Position numbers and translations under genes: made by a program. Below, one piece after another: positions 1 to 12,110 of a stretch of 37,289 bases of DNA (position 1 is the stretch's first letter; every line of letters starts with the position of its first letter). A model generated the notes under the pieces. That model worked only from the letters and a program-made list of their open reading frames with translations. It did no database searches and was not told the DNA's origin. The stretch is from Atractiella rhizophila (Eukaryota), in the NCBI GenBank assembly GCA_021432655.1, contig MU271419.1, positions 1-37,289 on the forward strand. Direction: 5' to 3'.

Positions 1-236
1 GGAAGTCGAAGAGAGAGAATCAGGAATTCTCTCCGTTCGGCTGTGGAGTGATGGGTCGACGATTGTCGAATGTGTATTAGCCGTTAGCCGAAGAGATCCA
101 GCTAACCTATAGTTTGATGGCATTCGTAGGTATATATTTATGTCAATGAGGAATATGAAATTTAGATAAGGCGGATACAGACAAATGGAATGGCATGGCC
201 CAAATGTTGCAAGCTTAAACCGCAAACTGATTGAAG

Positions 237-1795
237 CTATTGGTTTTTTCCCACAATATGAACACTGTATTCTGATGCAGAGTACTCATCATGACCTTCA
301 GGCTGCGGCGACGCTTCGAACCTGTCTTTTCATCAAGGTCATCGTTCGATGAGAAATCACTTACCCTTTTTCCACCTTTGTCCTTGTTTCAGCCTGGAGT
401 ATTACCGGTACACCTCCCTCCATTCTGCTCCCCAAGGTTTGAAGCCGCATATCCGGTCCTTCGCATACACCACGCAGAGGATGCGTCCCGCGCTTTGGAA
501 TCATATCATTTCGTCGCGCGGAACTACTGTCGTTTGATGGACCTCCATCTCGCATATCGCTCTGACCGACAGAACGAAGATGGAGGACAATGCGAGAGGT
601 CATCATGGTCGTAAATATGAGTGCAAGTGGTGCATTGAGAACCGGGTTAGCTACTGTTGGAATGCTGTTTCATTCCCTAGTAAGTGTCGAGGCTACACAG
701 GGGTTGGCTGGAGGATGACAAACCCGAAATAAATCGCGTTAATTAGGTTGCAGGTGAATACCACCAGAAAGTAGACCACTCCATCACGCGCAAAAATGGT
801 AAGGAGATGGGTGCGAGGTGACTTGCGCCAGTGAGAAATGAGCGCTCTGGAATGATTTCAGCGACAGTTAAATGGATGAAGTGGATGACACACACGAGTA
901 CAAATATGGTCGCCGTGGTGTCATACAGGAGAGGAGGGATCCTGTCATTGCCATCAGGCTTCCGATCCTAACTTCGGTAGGGGAACGGACCAATAAACAT
1001 AACTGTGGCTTGAGGACTCATCAGCTTGTTGACATCAGATCGGGGAACCACAAATTACTTCTTCTGATCCCGAAGTTCAGCGATACAACCTCTCAAGCCC
1101 GGAGGTCTATTTAATCCGTTAGTGTCTCTCTCCTGAATTTTAAACGCGTACACAGGTAATGACTTGCTCGGAACGACCGCCCATATCTGAACGGCAAAAC
1201 CACAGATTGCAAATGCGCTGAAGAACCCAGCAATCCACTTTCGACGGTTCCACATTACCCAGACCCTTGCCCCAAGCAGGAACTCGCAGCTCACTGCAAC
1301 AATCGCGTTACGTGGGTCAGTTTGCTTAAAACTCGAGGTAGGAGGCTAAATATGCAAAAAGGAGAATGCTGCTAGCGATAGGTTCGATAATATGAACCTT
1401 CTCGCACGTTTTTGGGTCGATTTTTAACCAGAAGAGGCACAGGAAGATGACAACATCTAAAAGCCCCCAGTAGCTACATATTTCGCTTCAGCTCTCCACT
1501 TGGAGAGCAAAGAGCAATAAAAGGTCTACCGGTTGAAAAAGAAGGCGATATGGACTGGGGTCCAGCGCTCGGCGCCCCACATGGTCCTGTACTCGTTTGG
1601 GAAAGTAAGGATGAAATCCCAGCTGTAGATGGCGAAACAAGCTGCTTTCTAGTTCAATGAGCTGCACAAGTGAGAGCGAGAAAAGCCCGAACCTGTGAAA
1701 TAGGTACGGCTAGTAGAGACAACTTCCTCCACGGCTGCACTTTGAAGAGCGAGATGCAGCTGTTCCTCCACAGTAGGACCAATAGAGGATGACAT
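237..1795 (-). CDS. Multi-exon DUF6533-like fungal membrane protein (3' end uncertain)
   Basis: ATG at 1795 (MSSSIGPTVEEQ...). Spliced exons give ACFAIYSWDFILTFPNEYRTMWGAERWTPVHIAFFFNR, which fits the DUF6533 N-terminal pattern (D..LT.P.E...W....F..NRY). Later hydrophobic exons read LLGARVWVMW and end in MMTSRIVLHLR. Several short GT-AG introns. The stop is at 361-363, or near 237 if a last intron is used. Confidence 0.72.
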
Positions 1796-3325
1796 GGCGG
1801 CTCTTTGTTCTGTGAAATTAAGAGGAAGGCAGAATTTTAACAGCTGAGAGCTAGGAGCCTCCTTTATAGGTCTCATTTCACCATGAACCAGAAGCAATTG
1901 TATAAAGCTCTGAGAAGATCAAGGCGGCATTGTTCGACTGGTGCTAAACATGAATGCGTCTGTAATGTAGAAAGACCCACTTATTGAGTTTGGGATTTCA
2001 GGAGTGGTTACTGTGCAATATGAAAAGAAACGGAGCTCTCGCTCGCCAAAGCCGTTGGTTTGCTGGCATTCCTGGCTTCGGCATAAACGACCAGGAATTC
2101 TTGGAACACACTATGGCCGTGGCCTTGAACGGTTCCCTTCTACATTTTGCTAATCATATCAGGATCCAAAATTTGACCCTGTGAGATCTTCTCAAAGCAG
2201 TTCGGAGGCTGCCCTATGCGGAGCCTACCCATTTCGGTCCTCAAGGTTCATTCGGCGTTCAGGTATTCAGTTCAAAATATGGTGATCAGAAGAACTGACA
2301 TTGATGTTATGGTATGCAGGTCATGATCGGCTGAGCTATCCATCAGCGGAGAGAGCTGAGAGGAATCTGGTGATCATGTGGAAAGTTGTCTTGATCAAGA
2401 AGTCAATTGTGACCGTTTGTAAAGCCCGCCCATCCTACTGCGTTCATTGTGATGGTAATATAACATCTAAGGATGTTGATGAGAGCAACCGACGCTCAGC
2501 AAGCGGTCTGGGATAAGCTACGTGCCACTAGATTCGCAATTTGGGCGAGTTCTCTTCTGAGCTCGCTCTGAGGCGTGAAGGAAGACGGAAAATACCCAGA
2601 AGCACCGATCATTTTGTAGGTAAATGAGACCTCCTTCAATTAGGTAGGTTCAATATCAGTTTTAGCAAGCTAAACATTGAGTCAAAATGGAAAGTGAAAT
2701 TGGTAGACCTAGTAGTTCAAGGAATGATCGTTATACCTAAGTGCCTTGGACAGATATTAAACTTCAGAGGAGAACTCTTCATCGTATTGTGGACTTGATA
2801 ATGAATCCTAAAAATGATCCCAGTGTAGCGAAGACGATATAGTAAAATGAATGCAGTTCTCCGCAAATAGAAAGCAAGAAAGTGCCTAAGAGCTGTGCGC
2901 AGTTGGTAGAACTGCAGTGGAGTACTGAGGCTTGGCAACTAGGCATACTGCAAAGCAAAGACTTGGATAGAAGACAACGCAGAGTTGTGAGTTGCTCAAG
3001 AATGGTCACACACCCGACATCCCAGAGTGCGACTTCCTCCATGAAAAGGAAATCGTTTCAAAATGCCAACATGTACAATAGAATCCTACGCCTCCCACTC
3101 GCAACCTTTTCCCGCTGGTCAAGTTGCCAGTTTGCCAGTGGGATGCCTTCGTTGTGGTTGGCAACTTCCGGCTCCCGGTACCAACATCATTCAACAACGC
3201 CTTACAAAAATGGAATGGATCAAACGTCCACTTGCTCGCACGACACTTGATTAAGCTTGATTCCAGGCGACTTCAAGTTGGCGTTATATTGAACGTCTAA
3301 AAAGCTCATAATCACAGCATTGAGA

Positions 3326-4592
3326 ATGTCGGAATCCACGAACGAGTTCACAGGGGCAACGTTCCTTGACGCTGCTACATGCTTGCGACGTGGCTTCGCT
3401 CCATTGGACAAGAAGCGAGTGAAGCCCGTGGGAAAGGAAGGGGATGCGTTTAAACTATATTACGGTTCATTTTCCTCTATTCATGGTTTATACGTGCCTG
3501 ACATGACTGGCGGATAGAGCTCCATGGTTCAGACAAACCGGATGCGAGAAAGATTGTCTTCATCATGGGTTTGAATTCGACCTGTTGGGGATGGCATGGG
3601 CAGGTTAGATATTTCGCGAGGCAGGGATATCAGGTTTTGGCATTCGACAATCGCGGAGTTGGATACAGCGAGTGAGCTTCCTTTCCTGGGCAGCCCAACA
3701 CGAGCTGATTTCGTCGGAATAGTACACCAAGAGGTCCCTATAAGTCAGAGCTTCCATAGATTACGAGGTTTCGAGTCCTAACGTCAAGTGCTTAGGACGT
3801 CAGAAATGGCTAAGGATGTAGTGGATTTATTTGATCATCTTGGGTGGACGTCTAAGGACCATTCGATCAACGTCGTTGGCGTCTCCTTGGGTGGCATGAT
3901 TTCACAGGAGCTTGCATGTCCCTTCTTCACGTTTCATCTCCCCTACTAACCAGGTCAACGACAGGGTCTCCTGATACCAGAGCGCATCCAATCCATCGTT
4001 CTAACCTCCACCACAGCAAACATCGTTTTCCGACTTCCTTCTCTCAAAGCGCTCAACATGTACGTTCGCATCACCACCGGCATGGTGAAGACGAAAGAAG
4101 ATCTCGTCACGTTGGCAGTGAAAACGTTGTATCCGGACTCCTTCCTAGACAAAGTGGGAGACTACGAGCCTGAGCGGGGCAACCGTGACTACCTTGAAGA
4201 CGAGTTCCTGCGCCGAGTAAACACAGGACGACCCTCAACTGCTATGGGACGTTTCTCTCAGATCAGCGCGGGGATGTTCCATCGTGTCAAACCCGAGCGA
4301 TTGGAGAAACTGGGGAGAAGTATTCCTGCGATTGGTGTTATCACTGGGAATGACGATAATCTGATTTATTGGAAAGAGAGCGAGATTCTGAAGCGCTATC
4401 TTGGTGTACGCCTTTTCCTCATCTCGGCACCTGGACTTAGGCTGACTGTTCGGGTTGGGTTGATAGGATGTCGAGTATAAGGTGCTACAGAATGGAGGAC
4501 ACGCGCTTCCTTCTCAGTTTCGTGATGAGTACAATCTTTTTGTAGAGAGCATCGTAGAGAGCAGCGAAGGTAAAGCGAAAGCAATGTTGTGA
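3326..4592 (+). CDS. Alpha/beta-fold hydrolase (Abhydrolase_1 type), about 6 exons
   Basis: Spliced translation: LYY|ELHG...IVFIMGL...QVLAFDNRGVGYS...SEMAKDVVDLFDHLGW...VVGVSLGGMISQEL (GxSxG nucleophile elbow), ITGNDDNLI (acid) and NGGHALP (His). TGA at 4590-4592. Confidence 0.88.
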
Positions 4593-4787
4593 TCTTTATC
4601 CATTCCAGATCCGCCAGACATACGTAGACATATACAACGATGCATTTAGAAATCTTAATACCTTGTTTGATCATGTACACCATTATACGAGACAAATCAA
4701 GAAATTGTTTTGGGACACTCCATCAGGAAAACGACAAACTTGTGCTTAATCAAGAGACGACGACAAATCAAAACAGTCAATAAAGAA

Positions 4788-7009
4788 TCAATCGAACAAC
4801 AAACCTCCTTTCCCTCTCTTTTTCGGGGACGCTGTCTGCTTCCCAATCTCGTCCTCAAACAGCAACTTCTTCCCCTTAACGTTTCTCGGCTTCCTCCCAC
4901 TACCTAATCCACCTCCAAAATCTAACGGTGTGATCTCCATATCCACATCCATCACTTTCTCTTCCCCATCATCCGCACCTCCAGACCCAGAACCAGATCC
5001 AGAACCAGAGCCATCAGCATGAGTCTGAAAGTCCATTTTCCTCTTCCTATGGATGCTCCAACTCCCTGTATCCTTCTTGGGACTCGGAATGACATCCGTG
5101 TTCCTCTCCAACTTGCTCACTCCGGATTCCACATGCCGATGAGGGGTCCCATCCAACTCTGGCGTACGATTGCGATCGGGGGTGACATTCGAAGACTTGG
5201 GCTTAGCGGAGGGAGAAGTCGGAGGAGTCTCTTCCTCTACTTCGATCCGCGCCTTTTTAATTCTCCTACCGCTCTTCGAGGGGGACGGAGGAGGCGACGC
5301 CTTTCTTTTACCCTTCCCTCCAGACGTTGAAGCGGAGCCTGGTGGCGGAGCGAAAGGCGAACTCTTGGCTTTAGGCGGCGACATAGACAGATCGTACGAA
5401 TCGAGGGTTAGCTGTCCTTTCGGTCTCAATCCTCCTTTGCCACTAGACAACGGGGTCTTCCTCAATGATGCCTTAGTCGGGGTAGGCGAAGTTGGAGTGG
5501 TTGGTCTCTTTCCCTCAAGTATGCGAGTCGGGGTCCTTTGTCCATCTTCCGGGTCAGGAGAGGAGTCCCATTCGGATCCTGGGCGAGATGTCTTGAGAGC
5601 AAGCTCCTCTTCGGGTTCTTTTGCTTCAGGTTTGGGTGGGGGAGAAGGAGAAGCCTTCTTCTTCTTTTTGGATGGGGAAGCTGGAGGGGCAGGCTTGGAA
5701 GTATTGGAAGCGCCTGTGGAAGCAGATGTTGAAGCCTTCGAAGCTTGCTTCGCAAACAAGGCATTCAGTGTTCCTTTGCGTTCGGCAACAGGAATAATCA
5801 TGTCGGGACTGTCGTTTCCGACTTTCCCAACATCAGGTGTCACCTTATAACTGCCACAATGCAGACATCAGTATCGTCTCCCAATTCATAGCAAATAGAA
5901 ATACCACTCCAGTGACCCTTCAAACGGCTGCATCATCTTAGCCACTTTCTCACCCCAAGGATTTTGCGCAACGTTGAGCCAGGACTCGAATTGGCTGTGG
6001 GTGTTAAAGATGACGGGCATACGGTCGTGGAGCTGCACATTTAAGGGATACGTAACAAAGGGGAGTCAGCGCATGGACAACGGCGGGCAGGATGAAGGAA
6101 AGGAGCTTGGAAGGGTGGAGGAAGGGAGAACGAACAAAGGTCAGCTGCTTGTTTGACGAAGTAGTAACGATCGTGAACGTGTAGACGGGCTCATCGTTCA
6201 CTCTAAAGGTACAAGGTTTGTCATTTCTTTAGCTAGTAGAACAGACAGCAGGGTTACGCACATAGCGCAGTCCCATAGGCCTGCGAAGACCATCAATTTC
6301 TGGCCTTTGGGCATCTTGGTGAAGTGCGGAACTTTCTGATTCCCTTTCTTGAGCCATTCATAGAAGCTGCTCCATTTCGTTCTCATCAACATGTTGCGGC
6401 ACAAAATACAGGAACGGCGGCTTGGAAAGGAAAGACGTACCCCTGACAGACAACCAAGCACCTCTTCTTCCCCCTCTGCGCCTTCCACATTCCTCCTCCC
6501 TCAGAAATAGTATCATCCCTCGCATTGAAGGTTTTACTGATGTTGCTCCATTCTGGAGCTTCCTTCGACCAATGCGGCACCAGTCCCCATTTCTGCGCAC
6601 CGAACAAAGATCAAGTCATTCCCTCACGTCATTGCAGGGCACCAAGAAGTGGAGTGGAAGAAAGCAAATCTAATTGGACGAACCATCGTCTGAACCACCG
6701 TCCCAAGTCCGTCATGGTTCTCGTCCTCCTCTCCACGTTCATTCAGGTCTGCCCTGATAACAACCGCGTTATGAGTCGGCGCCTGTGTTCCCGTCCCAAC
6801 AATTCACGGGTACAATCAACAACGGCAACCTCTACAACACCGCAATCCATCCATTCTTGAGCTTGAAATAAAAGACCTACGACGTTGTAATGAGGTCTGA
6901 ACTCTTCTCGTCCTTCCCACCTTCTGGGTCGTCGAGGGGCAGGCATCATTTCCTCCACGTCTTCCCATATCTCGTCCTGGGACAACCCCAGAGCAAAGCG
7001 TCCACACAT
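4788..7009 (-). CDS. HMCES: SRAP-domain (DUF159, HMCES/YedK family) abasic-site protecting protein with long low-complexity C-terminal tail
   Basis: N-terminus MCGRF (catalytic Cys2) at ATG 7009. Exons contain KWGLVPHW, FNARDDT, RCLVVCQG|FYEW, FAGLWD, YTFTIVT and HDRMPVIL, all SRAP motifs. The last exon is the P/S/K-rich ORF 4788..5843. Confidence 0.92.
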
Positions 7010-7257
7010 ATCCAAGAAATCCGTATACAAATCGTGAGAAACAAGAGGAATTTGTGAAAGGAAGTGGTTGGTCGTTCGTTGTTGACGGGCGAAGAGCGCG
7101 TAACGTGACTGTGAACGCGTTCAAGTACGCGACTCCCGTTCAGACAACAGGGTTCAAAAGAGACTACACCAGGAGTACTAGTATGCAAGTGCGATGTAGG
7201 AAATGTGAATGCTGAACAATCCATAAATATACTACACTGCGTACTTGTCCAAACTCC

Positions 7258-7917
7258 TCACCCAAACCTTTCGTACCAAGCCTTGGTGATCTTCCACCTC
7301 CACGCTCTCCTCCATGCCTCCCATCCAGGTCGAATCAATCCCCACTGCTCCCTCGTCCACGTCTTCTGGAAGTCGCGATACTCCCCTTTCTTATTTTCCA
7401 ACCACCAAGCATAGAAGCGCTCCATCGCCTCCTCCTCAGTCATCCTTGGTTTCTTCACCACATTCGCTTCTTCTCCATCCTTTCCATCAACAGCCACAGG
7501 TGCCAAATCGACCTCCTCCAAAAAAGCCGCTTTCTCCCTCTCAAACTCGGTATTCATCTTCGTCCAAAACTCCGAAGCCATCTTATCCACCCGATACCTC
7601 TGAAACCTCCACTCAAAGTCCCTATACTCATACTCCCTCCGAATCTCCTTCAGCCTCTCCGTACTCTCCCAACTCATCCCCTTTCCCTCCCAATCTCGCT
7701 CCGAGAAATCGCTCGCGCTCTCAAACTCGCGCACTTTATACGGATGCGCGGCCGTAGTCTCGGAAGGAGTCAGAGAGGGAGCGGAGGGCTGGAAAAGCGG
7801 CGCATAGATCATCGGTCGCAAGTTGGAGATGGCATCTGGGCGGCCGACCAGGTTGAGTGGTGTCCGTGGGGGGTTGTAGAGGTGTTGCAGGGCAGACGGG
7901 GGCTTGAATTTGGACAT
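7258..7917 (-). CDS. COA8: Cytochrome c oxidase assembly factor 8 / APOPT1 (DUF2315) family protein
   Basis: Intact 219-aa ORF with VGRPDAISNLRPMIY (cf. family GPPD..SNLRP), FW.KMN..F..EK and MERFY.WWL...Y..F...W motifs, recognised from memory. Confidence 0.8.
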   Translation of the reverse strand: MSKFKPPSALQHLYNPPRTPLNLVGRPDAISNLRPMIYAPLFQPSAPSLTPSETTAAHPYKVREFESASDFSERDWEGKGMSWESTERLKEIRREYEYRDFEWRFQRYRVDKMASEFWTKMNTEFEREKAAFLEEVDLAPVAVDGKDGEEANVVKKPRMTEEEAMERFYAWWLENKKGEYRDFQKTWTREQWGLIRPGWEAWRRAWRWKITKAWYERFG

Positions 7918-8802
7918 CTTCTCATGAAAGCGTCAGCTTAATGATAACATTTGTTAAGTCATGCATCCAAATGGCGCAACCGCAGCCCAGACAATATGTG
8001 CGCGTTTTTGTCCATCAACTAGGCATGACGGTTTGTGGTGACAATGACAAGCAGTTAATATGTTCGAGCAGAAACTGTCACAGCCTGTGACAAATGTGTG
8101 CTCTTTGCAACGTTTAAACCGTACGTAACCTGTGCTTCCAGTAATGAATGTAGGAACCACGGATTCCATATGTGAACAAGAAAGGAGGGGATTAAATCGC
8201 CCACAGAACTGCTTTGAGCATTCCTATGGCTGTTCGACGCTCGAAATATATGCAGCTGCACCTCGAGGCTTTGTTGCGCTCTAGAATCAATTGAACAATA
8301 AATACAACCACTCTTGGTGAGACTAGATAGACCTTTCCAGGTATATTGATTGAGTCAAGAAGTTGCTGCTTATCATTTCCAAAGCAAGCAACTTAAAGGA
8401 ACGTGGCTCAGGTACATGCATAAATTTTGGTAAAAGTGAGCCACAACCGTGTTTTACCTTCTCCATTCAGTTCCCTCTTGTAGATAACACATCCGTCTTA
8501 TTGTTATAAGAGGGATCGCAAACTCGTTTCGTTTGACTCGATATCTCCATAGAGCTCAAGAAACCATAACGTGGAATGTAGACCGTTCGTGAACGTAGAG
8601 CCTTGCGAGGAAGGAAATACAGATATCCAACCGCAACTGCCTTAACATAAAAATCTTACCTTTCACTCGCCCAAGTTTCTCTAGTAATATTCTCTGCTGC
8701 TTAATACTGTCAACCGGACGATAATACCTGCTTCCCTGACAATAACTTCGCCCACAAATCCTCCCTTCTAAGGAGCAGTCTCGAACTCGATTTTCACCCT
8801 CC

Positions 8803-9058
8803 CTCAGGCCCCCCAACCCACTTGCAAGGGGTATGGCCCCTTGAAGTCTATGGTGACTCATGTAAGGGTTCGAGTCCAGTATGAAACGCATCTTTTTACC
8901 CCCTTCAGATAAAATTTCCTTGCAAGTTCAGAAAGGGGCAAGCATATGGGATATGATGGTACGATACTTCATTCTATTGTGTATGGTGAGGGAGGTGTGA
9001 GGGCTCAAAAGTGCGTCTTATGACTCATGCCAAGAACTGATGAATCTTAGAGTATAGG
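8803..9058 (+). repeat. Dispersed repeat, copy 1 of an inverted pair (partner 21121..21377)
   Basis: Reverse complement of 21121..21377. The inner ~90 bp are identical and the outer part is diverged. Confidence 0.85.
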
Positions 9059-9596
9059 AAGGATAGGATAGATTGATGTGTCCTGGCAAATATGTCTTGG
9101 TGTAACCACCATGCATAGTGCCGTGATGATTCATGAGCATTTCTTTTCACGTGAGAAAAAGGACAGTCTGGACCACATGCCAAATAAACGCTGTTGTGAG
9201 TTGATTGCGTGGCCTCAAGGAAGTGTGATGACAGTTCTCCCTGGTGCTGTTCTGATGTGATGAAGTTGCTGAGTTATTTGTGGTTGGTCAACTTGGAGCA
9301 GCGCTCCTCAAACCCTATCCTAGAACTCAGGGTTCGTACTCATGCATGAAAGCCATACTACACTTCTTGCCACCCCTCACTTCCAAATCCCAAAATGTCG
9401 GCAGTTGCAAAGTCACAGTTAGTGACAAGTCAGTTTGTGATGCTGCAGTGTGGCTTGAAACTTTTCATGGAAGAACATCGACAATCCCCCTAAGTTAGCA
9501 ATGCCATTCTTCCATTCTTGCACAAACGAAAACCTAACTTTGTGACCAATTTGATGTGTACTATTTTGCACCTCATCTAGGCCATCACCATGTCCG

Positions 9597-10092
9597 TGTT
9601 AGGGCTGACACTGTGTGCGGTCACCGACAGGCGATGCGTCTGTAGTGGAGATAAACTTAAGCGCATGATATGACATGAAGACTAACCTGTAGTGGAGATA
9701 AACCTAAGAGAATACTCTAAGGTCACCTCCACTACTCTCTGATCTATATATACAAGCGGAATAACACTGCCACAGAGTGTGGAGGAGAGCAGATGAAACA
9801 TGTAAGAGAACTAAAAAGGGGAAGTGACAGTAGGATTACGTGGAGTTAATAAGAGGAGAATAGACACAAAGGGGCTAAGTGGTGATGCAGGTGCAAATAG
9901 ATGACGGGAGATGCAGAGTGGTGATGACGGGAGACGCAGATATATTGAGATGTAGTGATGGTGACCATCAGAGTATTCTCTGAGGTTACCTCCACTACAG
10001 GTTAGTCTTCTCATGCCATAGTATTCCCTTAGGTTTACATCCACTACAGACGCATCACCCATTGGTGACCACACATGGTGTCAGCCCTAACA
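9597..10092. mobile_element. Foldback made of two partial gypsy LTRs joined head-to-head (LTR type 1 on minus, 9597..~9940; LTR type 2 on plus, ~9941..10092)
   Basis: Starts TGTTAGGGCTGACAC and ends GTGTCAGCCCTAACA. The left part matches the reverse complement of ~12520..12880 and the right part matches ~20905..21059. Flanks GTCCG/TAGGG give no TSD. Confidence 0.85.
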
Positions 10093-10427
10093 TAGGGTTT
10101 TTGCTCTCGATTAGCTCCCTGTTTGTTAAACCGACTGTTCTGTCCTGACTGCCACGTGTTATGCATCCTTTCCTCTGAGCTATTAAACATCTGAGTTCCA
10201 TAGCTCTTCCGACTTGCTAGTATTGTGGGTTCCCATTGAAACAGAATGTGTCGGAAGTGTGAGACCTTGCAGTTCTTGGGTATGTCGCCTTTGATACTAG
10301 CTCTATACTGTAGAGGAATACCACTCAGTATGTCATGTATCAATGCTGAATGGGCTACATTATTATCATAAATAGACCTCTGTAGTCTCCTTTTATCTAA
10401 GAAGTAAGCAGTGACTGACTCACTCTG

Positions 10428-10916
10428 TGTTAGGGCTGACACTATGTGCGGTCGCCGATAGGCGATGCATCTGTAGTGGAGGTAAACCTAAGTGAATAGT
10501 ATGGCATGAGGAGACTAACCTGTAGTGGAGGTAAACCTAAGAGAATACTCTGAGGTCACCACCACTACATCTCGATGTATATATACATAAGTAAAGGCAC
10601 TGCCATAAACTGTAACATACGTTGCTTGAAACGTGTAAGATAGCTAGATCAGGAAAGTAATAAAGGGAATACTCGGAAATAAGGCATACTGAGCAGTACA
10701 AGTGAGAAAGGACAATAAAGCAATAATAGAGACGGTGCAGACCGGCGAAATGTGTAAGGTTTGCTGAGCGGCGATTCGTGTAAGATAGGGAAAGCGGCGA
10801 TCAGCGCGAATGTGAGCAAAGCGGCGATGGGGAGGCACGTGATCCTTCGACGTGATGAAATAGGTCACGTGACTTCAAATGGTACGTTTCAATAATGCGT
10901 AGGGGCAAGCCTGACA
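10428..10916 (-). mobile_element. Solo LTR (gypsy LTR type 2, 489 bp) with 5-bp TSD CTCTG
   Basis: TG...CA ends. CTCTG at 10423-10427 and 10917-10921. Full-length reverse-complement match to 20570..21059 with scattered transitions. Confidence 0.95.
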
Positions 10917-11699
10917 CTCTGCTTAAGGTAGTGACACTTGTTCTCGATGTCCAGTTTGTCTAGCCAGTCAGGTGGTCGAAATGTTTCTCTAAGACTTTTT
11001 CTCCAACGCTTCCAAGTGTTTATGCGAAGCGTTCTTCTTCTTCTAGTGATGAAAACCAATCAAGTGCTTCAACTTTAAGACATTGAGGTAAAACTGACAA
11101 TAGGTTCCATTCTGAGGTGTCTCCAAACCTCCAAATCGAGTCAATTTTATGGATCCATTGGTCCACATTATCACTCGAGCCGTTGAACTTGGGCTGGTCA
11201 CCAGCCTTCAGCTTTGAGGCACTCTCTTTAACTACTTCTATCCGTCGGTGTTGTTTCGGCTTGATCGGTTTCCCTCTGTAATGGGGTCTGTCTTCTTCAG
11301 GGTTATCATCAACAAGGTCTGATGGTGGATAGTGACTATCATCATTGTCCATCTGATGATGGGTTTGAGGAGGAGAGCTCTGTAGGCTCGGCACATTCCA
11401 TGTGACTCCTATACTCCCTTTGCTGTCCTGTTGTAGGTGATGGGACAGGCTGTTTCCTGTTTGCTCTAAGTGGAGTTGAGCTAAATGTATGTGTTATGTT
11501 AGCCTTTGTTGACTTTAATGGCCTAACGGATTCGGGTTTAATAGTAGCTCTTTCTATTACTCTTTCCCTGTATCCCTCTTTCTAGAATGATCGGATTCGC
11601 CTAACTCAAGTGAGTTCAAGTCAAGATCTAAGATCTCTTCTCCTTCAGGGATAGTCTCAAGTGTTGTCCCTCTTCCTTGTTGAAGTGGGTATGAGGCTG

Positions 11700-11892
11700 C
11701 ACGGGGAGAATCCGGCTGTCCACGACCGAAAATTTCCGCACGGGCTGTTGCCGTCCGGGAGCGGGCGGAACCCTAAAACAATGGCCAAACAAGGACAAGC
11801 TTTGAACTTTGTAATTTTAGGTTCCGATTGCTTGGGGACAGCCTGTCCCTGTGCGGAAATTTTCGGTCGCGGACAGCTGGATTCTCCCCGTG
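11700..11892. mobile_element. MITE (193 bp) with ~42-bp TIR starting CACGGGGAGAATCC, possibly CMC/CACTA-derived
   Basis: CACGGGGAGAATCCGGCTGTCCACGACCGAAAATTTCCGCAC versus the reverse complement of the right end shows 2 mismatches, both at CpG. Removing the element restores the minus-strand gag reading (KENES-ASYPLQQGRG...). Confidence 0.88.
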
Positions 11893-12110
11893 ATTCGTTC
11901 TCCTTATTGCCCATGATGGATGACATGTTTTCCGCAATATTAGTCTTCATTGCCTTGTTAAAAGCCTTCAACTGCTCATCACTTTGCTCTGGTGTTTGTT
12001 CTCCAAGCCTACTGGTGAGAGCAGAACCATTGAATAGAAGCTCATCCATGTCGTTTCTAAGATGAGTGTTTCCTTCAGCAAGCTCAGTGAGCAGTGCTGC
12101 AAGCCTAGGA

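Larger units (their letters stand above)
10093..12110 (-). pseudogene. Relic gag of an older Ty3/gypsy-like element, interrupted by a solo LTR and a MITE
   Basis: PKFNGSSDNVDQWI...EALDWFSSL, then after a frameshift FRPPDWLDKL...YLKQS|ESVTAYFLDK, rejoining across the solo LTR (retrotransposon gag Q..ESV..Y pattern). Stops and frameshifts present. Confidence 0.65.

Noticed and set aside
1900..3300. Short ORFs between the DUF6533-like and hydrolase genes
   Set aside because: No motifs or consistent splice pattern. Treated as divergent intergenic or promoter DNA.
5019..5850. Plus-strand ORFs (103 and 226 aa) opposite the SRAP tail
   Set aside because: Antisense shadows of a low-complexity exon.
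8860..8880. tRNA gene suggested by GGTTCGAGTCC
   Set aside because: I could not fold a cloverleaf or find a convincing A-box. Kept only as a note within the inverted-repeat finding.
10093..12110. TAGGG / TAGGA flanks as a TSD between LTR ends
   Set aside because: Only 4/5 match and wrong geometry (inside rather than outside). The enclosed gag relic is colinear, so chance is likely.
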